Below the pieces are notes generated by a model, which was not told the origin of the DNA, searched no databases, and was given only the letters and a program-made list of their open reading frames with translations. Shown here piece after piece: positions 15,898 to 29,300 of a stretch of 64,000 nt of DNA (the first letter of the stretch is position 1; the number at the start of each line of letters is the position of its first letter). This DNA comes from Octopus vulgaris (Eukaryota): positions 13,578,001 to 13,642,000 of the forward strand of contig OX597829.1 of the NCBI GenBank assembly GCA_951406725.2, read 5' to 3'. A program made the translations under genes and the position numbers.

Positions 15898-16417
15898 CCT
15901 TTTAATGAGAGCTAAAAATCAAAACAGCTATTAATTTTGTTTTAATAGGTTGAAATCAGGCAAAAGAAAGAAATAGATTTCATTCTCAGCAGAGGTCTGG
16001 CACCGTCGTATCGTTAATAAACTATAACCCGTTGGCATTTTACCAACTTGGCTACTAACTTCTTATCTTCAGTAAATGATATGAGAGAAGGCAAAGCTAC
16101 GTAATTTAGAAGTTCATTTCGCAACCGCGCGATCGCCAGTTCGTTTGGCATTGCGTAGCACCAAGAACAAGTGATTGTGACAAATACTCTCAGATTCATG
16201 AAATACCTTTGAATTTGGGCTGGAAGGTAGTGAGCAGAAACTGTGAGGAATCCTATCCTAAACAAAAGCACATACACATATGGACGCACACGTGCGTGTG
16301 TATGCATGTATGTACGTATGTTTATATATTGCACACACACACATAGATATATACATACACTCATATATAGATAGATATTTGTGCATATATATATATTTTT
16401 GTGCATGTATATATACA

Positions 16418-16559
16418 GGCACGTGGTTGTGTTTTAATCGCCATCCACATGGTTCAGTCCCACTACGTGGCACCTTGGGCAAGTGCCTTCTACTATAGCC
16501 TCGAGCTGACCAACGCCTGGTGAGGGAATTTGGTAGACAGAAACTGAAAGAAGCCCGTC

Positions 16560-16562
<3 letters not shown>
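16418..16562 (+). mobile_element. SINE family A 5' half, followed by (TA)n, (GATA)n and (GT)n tracts
   Basis: ggttcagtcccactacgtggcaccttgggcaagtg...gaaactgaaagaagcccgtcg. Confidence 0.8.
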
Positions 16563-16595
<33 letters not shown>

Positions 16596-16607
16596 AGATA
16601 GATAGAC

Positions 16608-16697
<90 letters not shown>

Positions 16698-16765
16698 ATA
16701 CTACAGCCTCAGGACGATCAAAGTCTTGAGAGTAGATTTGGCAGACGCAAATTGAAAGACTGTCG

Positions 16766-16870
<105 letters not shown>

Positions 16871-17049
16871 ATATATATGTATGTATATATGTATATATAA
16901 ATATGTATTGTTTAAATCCTATGTCATCCAGTACTCATATATACATGTGTATATGCATATATATTTATGTATACATGCATATATATATATATATATATTT
17001 GTATGTATGTATACATGCATGTATATATATGCAATCAAGCCTTATGCAT

Positions 17050-20000
17050 AGCACTTACGGAAACACACCTGAAACCGGATATTGCAGATGCGGAAATACA
17101 CATACCACAGTATGCTGTATAACGGACCGACAAAAAAGAAAGGAGTCATAGTGGAGTTGCTATGTACATCCGCGAGGACCTCACACCACAGGTCCTTTTG
17201 TCATACTCAAATTCGGTGTGTGACGCACTAATTGTACATATAAGGCAACTCAGTGTATTTATATGTGCTACATATCGCCCTCCAGATGCTCCAAGCCATG
17301 TAGGCAAGTTTGAAGTCTGCCTTACAAAAATAGAAGTTTTAGCCACATTAGAACAACACATAAGTGTGCTTCTTATTGGAGACTTCAATCTGCCCAATGT
17401 CAGGTGGCCCGAGGGCCTTTCTCTCCCAGGAATATCACGATGCGAACGAGGACAGGCGAGGTCCCTCTTGAACCTCATCAACACTCTGTACATGGAGAAA
17501 ATAATACTCCAACCAACCAGGGCAGGTAACATAATGTATCTCTGCTTCACAAATAATATGGATCTCATCCATAATGTGAAAGTGACACCGACACTACTCT
17601 CGGATCACAACATGGTAGAGTTGACCATGTACGGGCCAAAGAAAGCATGGACATGCAGTCTACAAGAAACTCTCAGAATCTTTCCAGCTTGTACTTCCAT
17701 AAGGCAGACTGGAAACAAATTGAGAAAGAGATCCTCAAACAAAGCTGGCCTGAATGTCTCTCCTCACCAGACATCGACATGAAACTTCAACAATTCATGT
17801 CTGTAATGCAAGCCATATGCTACAAATGTGTCCCAAATGTGTCCCAGGCCACTGTACACAAGAACAAAATCCCCAGAGAGAGGAAAATTCTAATGAGACA
17901 ACGTACAAAAGTTTCAAATCGCCTAAACAAACAAATTGAAAGCAGTGAAAATTCCCGCCTGAAAATGAAACTGTTGGAAATTGAAAAATGTCTGCAACTT
18001 CCCATTAAAACGAAAGCGCAGACAAAGAAGCCTGGGCTATAGACTACATAAAATCTAACCCCAGAGCTTTCTACAAGTTTGCCAAAGAAACAACTACGGT
18101 GCACTGTAGGATAGGGCCACTCCTTGAAAAAGATGATACACTCACAGGAAATCCAATGAGAATAAGTGAAATACTGAATGAGCAATTCAAAAGTATTTTC
18201 ACTCCACCCCTAGGGCATTTTCAAGTCAGCAATCCAACTGACTCTTTTACCACTGCAGATATAAAATCAGAGGCAACGATGATTGATTACATCAATATAA
18301 AGGAAGACGATGTAATAAGGGCTATAGATGAAATGAACCCAAACTCAGCTACTGGCCCTGATGGATTCCCAGCAATCCTTCTAAAAGTATTCAAGAGAGT
18401 CCTAGCAAGACCACTGCAGTTCCTCTTTCAGAGCTTCCTTGCAACTGGCACACTTCCAAGAAAACTGAAGGAAGGAAAATATGCCCTATTCATAAAGGAG
18501 GTAGCAGAGCGGAGGCCAAGAACTACAGACCTATCTCTTTGACCTCACACATGAGCAAGGTCATGGAACGAATAGTCAGAAGGAAACTAATCGCCTTCCT
18601 TGAACAAAATAACTTGCTGCCTGACACCCAACATGGTTTCCGACCAGGAAGAAGCTGCCTAACTCACCACCTACAACACTATGACTGGGTGCTGAAACAA
18701 CTGCTCAACCACTCAAATATGGAAGTCATATATCTCGACTTTGCAAAGGCCTTTAATAAAGTCGATCATGGAATGATATGTCACAAACTGCGTGATCTTG
18801 GCATAGTTGGAAAATTGGGAGAATGGCTTCATGACTTTTTGAAGGATAGAAGTCAGGTGGTAGTCATCAACATCATTGTTCGACCATGGTCGAGACAATG
18901 GAATTTACCATGCTACGCCAGACTTCACGGTCCATCACGGAGGTTCTGTTGCTGGATGCCTGTATCCCTGGAGATTACATCAGGGTAGGAGAATGTGCGT
19001 CCTCTGGTATTGCGAGTAGATGGCTTCCAGAGGAGAAGAGTAGAAATTACCTCTTTTTCAGCTCTACAACAATGTCCAGCAAACTGGACTCTCCTACCTT
19101 TTACAAGAGATGGCACAGGTGGTAGTTTCCCATATATTTGCATTTTGGTTGGATGGCACTTCCACGAGAGATTTTGAGCTCTCATAAGGAGGCGAGTGTA
19201 GGTTCCATCAACTGCCTCTCAAGCTTCTTTGATAACGTCCAGGTTTCTGAGCCATATAGTAGAATTGGTTGGACTGTGGCTTTGTCAAGTTTGAAGTCTC
19301 TACTTAGATTTGATGACCAGATCTTATGCATGTCATTACAGGCTGACCAGGCCATACCCTTTCTGGGACACTTTCCACTTTTGTCGCTCCAAAGATTTGG
19401 CACCAATCTCAAATCATCCCAATACCCAAAAAGGCGATTTATCTCTCGTCACCAACTACAGGGGTATGTATATAATGTCAATTGCTGCAAAACTGTACAA
19501 CAAACTGATTCTAAATCGTCTTGTCCTTTTTGTTGAACCTTTGCTCCGAAAGAACCAAAACGGATTCAGGTGGTAGTAGCCAATGGGGCCACTTCCATTA
19601 ACACGCAAATAGTGAGCGGTGTTCCGCAAGGCACTGTTTTGGGATCACTACTGTTCATAATTGCCCTCTCAGACATGCCCTCAGCCACGCAGAGAGCCAC
19701 GATCATATGTTATGCAGATGATACAAAGGTTTCACAGGTAATACAGAACCCTGAAGACACTAGGCACCTGAAATGTGAGCTGGACAAAATATACAAGTGG
19801 GCTGAAAAGAATAGCATGCAGTTCAATGCTGAAAAATGTCAAGCTTTATGCTATCAGCATGCAAAACTAAATGCAATACCCAATAAATACACTGGACTTG
19901 GAGGGATTGTAATCCCAGAGGCACAATCAGTGCGAGACCTGGATATTTACATGAGTAATGATGCAACCTTTCATGTGCATCTTGCTAAATTGGCAATGAA

Positions 20001-20710
20001 ATGTAGGCAGCTGACCGGATGGATTCTTAGAACCTTTAGAAGAAGAGACCAGGAAACCATGATGGTCCTCTGGAGGACACTTGTCCTAAGCCACTTTGAC
20101 TATTGCTCTCAGCTATGGTCACCATCCAGTGTCAAATTAATCACAGAACTTGAGGCGATCCAACGTAGCTACACGAAGAAGATAGCCTCTGTGTAGCATA
20201 TAAGCTATTGGGAAAGATTCAAGAGATTAAGACTCTATTCCTTAGAGGGTAGGCGAGAAAGATATGCCATAATATACATCTGGAAGATCCTGGAAGGACT
20301 TGTCCCAAACTTTGGCATCGAGAGTTACACAAATATTAGAATTGGGCGCCACTGTATAGTGACAAGGACTCCAAATTTGCCATCAAGATGTAGAACTAGA
20401 TACTGTGATAGCCTGGGCTTCAGCTCTTCACAGCTGGGCTTCACAGCTCTTCAATATCCTCCCAAAGAACCTAAGAGAACTGCATGGGGTGGATGCAGAT
20501 GTCTTTAAAATGAAACTGGATCTCCTCCTGTCAGGTGTCCCAGATGAACCAACTTCACGGCAGGAGGTGCAGATGAGGGCAGCTGCATCGAACTCTCTCA
20601 TGCACCAAAGGGCAATTGCTAAAAAGCATTCGTGAAGTATAATCATGTAGCAACACCAAATGGCGGTGCCCCAGCATGACTACAGCTCGTGAGCTGAAAC
20701 TAGATGAAAT
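17050..20710 (+). mobile_element. CR1/L2/Jockey-group LINE ORF2 (APE + RT), disrupted, with 3' UTR
   Basis: ATYRPP, IGDFNLP, SDH, ATGPDG, QHGFRPGRSC, YLDFAKAFNKVDH, SGVPQGTVLG, YADD; 3' tail ggcggtgccccagcatg. Confidence 0.92.
18865..19565 (-). mobile_element. Nested RTE-like LINE insert with 5' inversion and 12-bp target-site duplication
   Basis: TSD tcaggtggtagt at 18853-18864 and 19566-19577; minus part PILLYGSETWTL...RRVQFAGH; plus part KGDLSLVTNYRG...KNQNGFR. Confidence 0.88.
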
Positions 20711-21305
20711 ATAAAAATATAAAATATAAATATATAAAATATATAAATATAATATAATATATATATATATAGATGTATATATATGTTTATATATATATAT
20801 TTATTTATTTATATATATATGTGTGCGCGTGTGTGTGTGTGTTGTGTTTATATTATTATATGACTGAACGCCACGCATCCATTTCCAAGTACGTTTTATC
20901 GTAATAATTTTGATGCGAAAGTTGCTCTATTCTATTTCTATTTCTCTTTCGTATCCTCTCTTCCTTTCTGTAATTCGTTTTATCTCCCTGTCTCCCTCTT
21001 TCATTTTCTTCTCTCTCATTCTTTCTCTAATTCTTTTCCTCTTCCCTTCACCGTTCTCTATATGTCTCTCTCTCTTCCTTACTCTTCCTTACTCTTCCTT
21101 ATTTTCTGTCTCGTTGTTCACACGTGACCATCGGCCATCTTCCTTTTCCTATCTTGAGTTTCTCTTCTTCCGATCTGCTACAGAGATAAGACGCATCTTG
21201 TCTGTCTCCTGTCAAAGTTTATTTCTCCAGCGTTCGCCACCTCACCTCGTCATGGCTTAACAGCCTTTACCGTTTTACCTGTCCTACTTTTGTTATCAAA
21301 TCTTA

Positions 21306-22123
21306 CCCTCCGCAAATCCCAAATTTTATTTAATTTGCTTTGCGGAAGCAACTGTTTTGACGAAGGCACATTTCGTTGTAAATGCTCGAAATGTGGAGTA
21401 GATAAAACAGCCGAAAACTAATGAATGGTCGTTCTTTATGTTGCTTGTCTTGTTTTCCATTTGTTTCTTTCGGTGTTCGCAAAAAAGTTCGTATTCCATG
21501 TTTTCGTATTTCGTATTTCAAGTTGTTTACGTTCTATATATATGTAAGTATGTATATGTATGTATACATGCGTATATAAATATATATATATATATTTTTT
21601 TTCTTTTTGGGATTTGGTTTGCAAGATTCTTTATGTAAGTTCGTCTGTTGAAGCATATTCTGTTGTGTCAGGGGAGGGTCATTCTCTTTTAGTGCTTTAT
21701 AATTTAACACACGCATCGGTAAAAATTTCCATTTATTTCTTTTTTATTTTACTAAAGTTGTCGTTGCATTTCGCAACCTATTTAATAGTTTAAAAAGGTT
21801 GCATGACGCAACGAAAATTTTAGAAAAAAAAAAAAAGGAATAAGTAGTAATTTTACCGATGAGTGTGTTAAATTATAAGGCTCTAAAAGAGAATGACTCT
21901 CCTCAGACACCTCCGCAAAATCCTAAATTTTATTTCATCTGCTTTCCGGGGGCAAGTGTTTTATCGAAAGTGTATATTATTGTTAAATGCTCGAAATACG
22001 AGAGCAAAAAATCTAGCAACAACTGCTGACAGGTCGTTCTTTATATTGTTTGTCCTGTTTTCCACTTGTGACTTTCGTTGTTCGAAAAAATAGTTCATAT
22101 TCCATGTTCTCGTACTTCGTATT
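21306..22123. repeat. Diverged direct repeat of about 210 bp (21306-21518 / 21910-22123)
   Basis: cctccgcaaa...aaatgctcgaaat...ggtcgttctttat...tattccatgtt in both copies. Confidence 0.8.
21665..21910. repeat. Fold-back palindrome of about 245 bp, centre near 21787
   Basis: gtcattctcttttag..ttataatttaacacac versus gtgtgttaaattataa..ctaaaagagaatgac; single arm also at 34467-34595. Confidence 0.9.
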
Positions 22124-22789
22124 TTTTGTTGTTGTACACCTCTCATAACGTCCTGTACCCACATATGCATATATGTGTGTGTGTGTGTGTGTGTGTTTGT
22201 GCGTGTGTGTAGATGTATGTAACATGCGTGTGTATATATGCATATATATTATATGCATATATATTATATTACATATATATAATACAAAATGGGACAAGAA
22301 CGCCAAACATCCGGACAACTAGGTGATACAGAAAGGGACAACAAATCATCCAGATAGACGATACAAAAAATCAAGGACGGTTCATTCGAAGCTTTCTATT
22401 CTCAGTCAAGAACCGGATCATCCTCGCAATTTCGGCTGATTAATCTTGAGATTGCTCCAGTCTGGCCAGCCCCAAGGAAAAGCTAAGCTAACGGCATTAG
22501 GTTCCTTGAAAGAAAGCATCGAATGTATACGAAAACAAGGACGGAAAACAGACACTTTCATACAAATATAAATACAATATATATACAATAAAAATAATAA
22601 AAATAATAATAACAGGACATAACAACAGGTATCTTTCGACTAGTGACGAATTGAATTCAGCTGGCGTATGTGGAAATGAAGCCTTACGGCAGAGATACAT
22701 AAGTTTCACAAATACAGCCAAGAATATCGATGTTGTACTGACCACGATCAGACCCAAAAAGAGAGAGCTAGCAGTCTGGCCTACATATA

Positions 22790-23005
22790 TATGTATATGT
22801 TTGTGCGTCCGTGTTTGTTCCCCCCGCATACCTTCGCTTGACAACCGATGTTGGTGTGTTTATGTTCTCGTAACGGTTCGGAAAAAGGAGCTGATAGAAT
22901 AAGTACTAGGCTTATAAAGAATAAGTCTTGAGGTAGATTTCTTTGACAAAAGGTGGGGCTTCAGCATGGCCACACTCAAATGACTGACACAAGTAAAAGA
23001 TAAAA
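22790..23005 (+). mobile_element. SINE family A 3' half
   Basis: gcttgacaaccgatgttggtgtgtt...cagcatggcc...tgactgacacaagtaaaag. Confidence 0.75.
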
Positions 23006-23274
23006 GGTTATATACTTATATATAGCCAAATAAACAATCAATTGAAAACAACGAATAATAACCTTAACGAACAACAAGAGGACGTGCATATGGAATGTAT
23101 TAGATTGATGCTCGTTGAAAAGACAGAAGTTTTGAGCATAGCTCTTAGTCGCAAAGGAGAAAGGAAAAAGTACAAAGACGGAAACGAACTCACCAACAGC
23201 ACGTGTGTAGCTACATTGCATATATACGTGTACACACGCACATAGAATCTCACACACACAGACACAGACGCATC

Positions 23275-23360
<86 letters not shown>

Positions 23361-23499
23361 CAGATAGATAGATATATACTGTCATGTTTAGAAATGCAAA
23401 TCGGGGAGATCAATACTTTGGGGAATAATCGATTATTCACTTGCGTGAAACTAGGAGTAGGTAAGGAATAACTCATCAAAGTCACCTATACACATGTGT

Positions 23500-24015
23500 A
23501 TATCTACGTTGCTAAAAACCCGAGGGCTTTTTTCTGTCACAATAGCAAGAAGTGCTGACCGATGTTTGGAAGAACTTTTCCTTCTTTGTGCGGAAAACGT
23601 ATGCTGTTGCATATGTAGTGATCAGAAATACACACCTGCCCATAAAATTCTTTGACATGACTTCAGATATGGAGAAGGTTGTTGTCGCCTATAAGGCATG
23701 GTAGAAGAAGTTGATAAGCACTTGGTTGCACGGCATCTCCATGACTTAACAAGTCCTTATGACTTCTGAAGCTGTATAATTTGTCTCGACCTAGAAATGG
23801 CCTAAGTGGTCGTGCCAGTCTTCGCTACTATAAATTTGAAAGATCCCGAAATTCTCCTGAAACACAACAGGTGATGAGCTCTCGTCGACACCTGGAGGTT
23901 ACCAGTAAACCTCGTCGTGCTTGCTCAAAATGTAAAACGGCTGTGACATCAGACACCAAGTTTTGTCTTTGTTTGACCAAGGACTGAGGATTCGTTCGCT
24001 CGGCTTTCTAAATGT
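23500..24015 (+). pseudogene. Possible piggyBac-like transposase C-terminal remnant
   Basis: PRRACSKCK...FCLCLTKD resembles the Cys-rich C-terminus; no catalytic core seen. Confidence 0.3.
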
Positions 24016-25149
24016 GACACCCCCAATGATATGACATCTGTCTGTTTTATTATATGTTAAGGGTGCTCCTAAAATTAAAAACAAAATAAGAATTAAAAGA
24101 AAATAGACAAGCCTCATAGTTAAGCATTTAAATTCCAATTTTGACCGTACTAAACCTGTTCAGTTTGCCAACAAGTAACTATGTTTTTATTTGTTCTTCA
24201 TGTTGTTCTTTGAAGTAATGGGTTTGGCTGATTTTATGAAAAGGATATTTACAAAAGAACTTTCGACTATAGCTGTTCCAGAGGACGTCAAAAGGTCAGC
24301 TACCCACACGTGCGAGCGCGCGCACGCAACTCTAACTTAAGCTCTGTTATTCTGCTGAGAAAGTCTTAGCTACACAGCTAGAAAGACAAGTACTTTAAAG
24401 TAGTTAAAAAACCCACGTCGTTCTATGTTGTCCAGTTAAATAATATTTCCCGTCGTTATGTGAAAGTCTTGATTACATATTCTACTCAGCTTAAATTCAT
24501 TGAAAATGTAAATTTTATGTCTTGTCTTATAAAAAAAAATTGATTGTTAAACTGAAAATCAGCTACGCAGAGATTAAAAATGTATTCTATTTCAGTATAT
24601 AAATACATATCAATTAACAGAACAAATGTATTAAACCAGTCTGTGACAAAAAAATTGCAAAAATCTATGAATTCATATGTGTGTCAGTGTGTGTGTGTGT
24701 GTGTAACATTTTAAACCTGAGAAAGTCTTGCATAGTTTTACTGTTCTGCTTACAGATTGTATTTGTAATGTACGAATCAATAGGTTGATTTCTATAAACC
24801 CAAGCTTATCTAGACTGACAGCTAGGCATTTATACCGATTATTATCGGTTTAAATGTAAATATGTAATCCGGATACAGAAGCCAGAATTTTCGTAGCAGT
24901 TGTACATACGTATCTTTTTTCTCTTTAATGTACAGACGTATTCAAATCAGTAGAACAGCTGATCTCCATGATGGTACATGCCTTCTTTTGTCTGTCCCGA
25001 ACAACAATATTTGTTATCCTTACATAAGCCTAGAGTATGCATATATGTGTGTGTGTGTATGTGTGCGTGTGTGTGTATATCTCTATGTATATCTGAATGC
25101 ATGTTTGTATGTATATATATGAATGTATGTATCTATGTATGTATGTGTA

Positions 25150-25350
25150 TGTGTCTACGTTTGTTTCTCACCACCGCTTGACAGCCAGTGTTGGTGTATT
25201 TATGTCACCGTAATTTAGCGGTTCGGCTAAAGATACCGATAGAATAAGTACCAGGCTTATAAAAGAGTACTGGATCGATTCATTAGACTAAAGATTCTTC
25301 AAGGTGATGCTGCAGCAGTGCTACAGGCTGAAACAAATAACAGATAAAAG
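25150..25350 (+). mobile_element. SINE family A 3' half
   Basis: ccgcttgacagccagtgttggtg...gaataagtaccaggc...ctgaaacaaataa. Confidence 0.75.
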
Positions 25351-25436
25351 ATGTGTGTATGTATGTATGTATGTATGTATGTATGTATGTATGTATGTAT
25401 GTATGTATGTATATATGTATGTATGTATGTATGTAT

Positions 25437-28400
25437 GGAGGACATATAAATAATCGGACTGAATACCCGATCGCGTGGTTAAACCATTGGGAGTGAAGGA
25501 CTCCTAGCCTTTGTCAGGGCATCCTTCCAGGAGAAGGTAACTCAAGTAACTGGGATAACTCCGACATAAAACCTGCGGCTCAGTGGTTACCGAGGATGTC
25601 GACTTGTTCTTCTTTTCGGATTATGGCTGCTGTTGCTTAGTGAGTGGGATTGACTCAGTGCACAGCCTTTCCTCACTTAAAAAAAAATCTTTTTGCACAA
25701 GCATTGCACGATAACTACATTGGATTGATTAAATTGATTAATTCATGAGTCTCAACTGAATGGCTGAGTAGCATGATGACGGCCGGGTTCAGACTGTGAT
25801 GCTCTGGAGCCCCTGCCTGGTACATCATTGATTTTTTGCCTTAAAAAGGAAAAAATCAATGATGTACCAAAACAGTATAAAAATAAATGGCAGTAAGGAC
25901 TCTGGAACCACATCGGCTAAAAGAGTCTGGCCCGGCAGGGGCTCCAGAGCATCACAGTCTGAACCCGGCCGTCATCATGCTACTGTGATAGAACAAAAGA
26001 AAACAGTGAATATTAGCTGTTGGAATGTACGGACACTGCTTGACCGCAAGTCCTCTGAATGTCCTGAAAGAAGGACTGCGCTTGTTGCGAAGGAGCTCCA
26101 ACACTATGATATTTACACCGTTGCTTTATCTGAGACGAGATTAGCTGGAGATGGTCATCTTACAGAATCTTGTGGAAAATATACATTCTTTTGTAAAGGG
26201 AGGAATGAAGAGTTTAGAGGAGAGGCGGGAGTGGCATTTGCTGTTAAGACTAATCTTGTGGACAATTTAGAAGAATTCCCAATCGGAATTAACGAGCGTC
26301 TTATGTCCATGAGAATTCCTTTGGATAAAGGAAATTATATGACCTTGGTGAGTGTGTATGCTACAACTATGTGCTATACTGACGACAAAAAACTTTCTTT
26401 CTACCATGCTTTGAAGAGCATTATAAGAAATATCCCTCGGGCAGACAAAGTCATCGTACTGGGTGACTTTAATGCTTGAGTGGGTAGGGATTTTAACACA
26501 TGGACTGTAATTGGAAAGCATGGGGTGGGGAAGTGTAATAGTAATGGCATGCTTTTGCTGCAGATGTGTGAGGAGCTGAATTTTTGTGTTACCAATATCA
26601 TGTTTCAACAAAAGAATAAGCTTAAGACTACATGGATGCACCCTGCATCTAAAGAATGGCATATTCTGGATTACATCGTAGTTAGGGTGCGTGACAGACA
26701 GGATGTGCAGTGTGTTCGTGTTCGTGGATCTGAGTGTTGGACAGACCACCGCCTAGTACGCGCAAAAGTGAAATTAGTCACAAAACATAAAATCCGAGCT
26801 GCAGGGATTACTCTGCCTAAAAGACTGAATGTTGATTGTCTTAGGTATAACAGTTTGAAGAGAACTTTACGAGAGGAAATGAATGCTGCAGATATTTGGG
26901 AGGATTGGCCGACCCTTAAAAAGTCAGTTTATAATATAGGCAAGAAAGTTCTGGGATTGATACAAAGAAAGCATCAAGATTGGTTCAAAGAAAATGATGA
27001 ACATATAGATGATTTATTGGCTCATAAAAGACTTACTTTGTCACGCTATTTGTCAGCAAAGCCACAGGAAAAGGAAGTGTTGCATAGGGAACTCAAGGAC
27101 GTAAAATAACGTGTGAGGCAAAGGCTCTCTCAGATGAGGGATACGTGGTGGAGTAAGAAGGCTGACGAGATACAGGTGGCGTCAGATTCCAATAACACAA
27201 AGCTGTTGTATGGTCTCTTGCAAGAAGTTTATGGACCGACGTCTTCCCTGATGACACCACTTCGAAGCAGGGATGGTAAAGAACTTCGTGATTCACAAGG
27301 AATTCTGCGAAGGTGGCAAGAACACTTTGATGAACTATTGAATCAGCAGTCTGTAGTTAGTGAGGATGTTCTCAATCTCATCCCTGGATTGCCTGTGAAG
27401 GCAGCACTCGCAGAACCACCAAAGCTGGAAGAAGTTGCAATGGCTGTCTCAAGGTTGAATAATGGGAAGTCTCCGGGTATGGATGGCATACATGCGGAGT
27501 TGTTACAGCATGGTGGTGAGAAACCTCTGCAGAAACTTCACTCTTTGTTTGGTAAGATATGGACAAGTGAATCTGTACTTGAGGACTGAAGAGATGCAGT
27601 AATGATGGTCCTGTATAAGGGAAAGGGCAACAGGAATGATTGTGTTAATTATAGGAGAGTATCATTGCTGTCTGCTGTAGGAAAGTTTTTATGCAGGATA
27701 CTTTTGGATCGTCTGCTGAAATACATTGCAGATTGTGTTCTTCCAGAAAGTCAATCTGGCTTTCGTGTGGGACGTGGCACTGCTGATATGATCTTTTCAG
27801 CTAGACAGCTTCAGGAAAAGTATGTGGAACAGGGTCTGGATTTGTATCAGGTTTTTGTCGATCTGACAAAAGCCTTTGATAACATCAATAGAAAAGCATT
27901 GTGGAAAGTCCTCCAGAAACTTGGGTGTCCTGAAAAGTTCCTTGCTTTGGTTAGGTCTTTTCATGAAGACGTGAATGGTAGGGTGAATGTTAGAGGGAAA
28001 ATGTCGGAGCCCATTTCAATACAAAATGGAGTGAAACATGGGGATATTCTGGCCCCGACCCTATTATCCATATATTTCGCAATGGTGTTCTGCATTGCAA
28101 TCAGAAACTGCAGATACGGTGTTTACGTCCATTATCCAACCCGTGGCAGCATATTTAATATGAGGCACCTTGCTGCAAAAACAAAGATATTTACCTCTGT
28201 CATAAGTGACCTTTTGTATGCTGATGATTGTGAGCTAGTAGCACACACAGAGATTGATATGCAACACATTTTGAATGCATTCTCTGATGCTTGCACTGCT
28301 TTAGGATTGACAGTCAATCTAAAGAAAAATGTTGTCATGCATCAACCTGCCCCTGGTAAGCAGTATAATGTACCAAATATCTATGTGAATGGTAAACGAC

Positions 28401-28790
28401 TTGATGTAGTGGATCAGTTTGTCTACCTGGGAAGCACTATTAATAGATATGGCAATGTGGATGATGAAATTCCATACAGAATTAGGAAAGCAAGTGTTGC
28501 TTTCGGAAGGCTAGAAAAGCACCTCTGGAGTCGGCAAGACATATGCAAGACAAAGACAAAGATAAAGGTGTACAAGGCATTTGTGCTCCCTTCTCTTATC
28601 TATACCTGCGAGACGTGGTTCACATATCGATACCACCTTAAACAACTGGAACGTTTCCATCAGATGTGTCTCAGAAGGATCTATGGCATTAAGTGGAAGG
28701 ACCGCATCAGTGATCTTGAAATATTGGAAGGCTCTCGGTGTGAAAGTATAGAAGCTCTTGTGTTATCGCTATGGGCTTCGTGTGGGCAGT
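25437..28790 (+). mobile_element. RTE-clade LINE (5' UTR + APE-RT ORF with a few in-frame stops), 3'-truncated
   Basis: SCWNVRTL, ALSETR, LGDFNA, TDH, KSPGMDGI, QSGFR, FVDLTKAFD, LYADD, YLGS; in-frame ORFs 25859-26479, 26480-27109, 27113-27589, 27602-28822. Confidence 0.95.
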
Positions 28791-28828
28791 CATCTAAAAG
28801 TTTTTGTGCATCTTCATGCTGACACAAG

Positions 28829-28932
28829 TTCCTTGTTTTTCCTGATTAGAAGGCGGCATAATGCACCGCTTATTCCTTCGAAATTAGGAATATGCAGCCT
28901 TCGAAACATATGTCGAAAATAAAATAAAGGAA
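28829..28932 (+). ncRNA. Type-I HHR with long stem II, core mutated (CTGATTA); inverted homologue of 37804-37902
   Basis: ttccttgtttttc CTGATTA gaaggcggca...tgcagccttc GAAA catatg TC gaaaat. Confidence 0.65.
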
Positions 28933-29125
28933 TTTTGTTAATTCGTCGTTCAACTCCATTCTTTCATTTATTTGTATTTAAAAAACAACACACACATTTC
29001 CACACGATAGCACGTTTTCTCTGCCCTAGGCATGTAGCTTCAACCGTATTTTAATCTGACGTGAATTTGCTACCCAGGTATCGGTTAACCGAATTATCCA
29101 TAATAAGATAATTCATTCAACTACT

Positions 29126-29181
<56 letters not shown>

Positions 29182-29226
29182 ATAAATATATATATAACTG
29201 TAAAATAATATGTGAAACTTATTCGG

Positions 29227-29300
29227 TGGCCAAGATAAAACTCTGAGTTTCGAATGCCGAGGTGGAAATCCACACCGCCATCTCTTCGGTTATCTGGTCA
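29227..29300 (-). ncRNA. Type-I HHR motif with CCGAAGA (U4C) core
   Basis: agataa CCGAAGA gatggcggtgtgg-attt-ccacctcggcattc GAAA ctcagag TT ttatct. Confidence 0.7.

Noticed and set aside
21345-21412. ttgacga...aaatgctc GAAA...TA gataaaacag within the direct repeat
   Set aside because: Too degenerate, and the sister copy at about 21955 lacks the core
22370-22500. Minus-strand ggctg...cagcc GAAA ttgcga hairpin
   Set aside because: Upstream core does not fit an HHR and there is no NUH triplet
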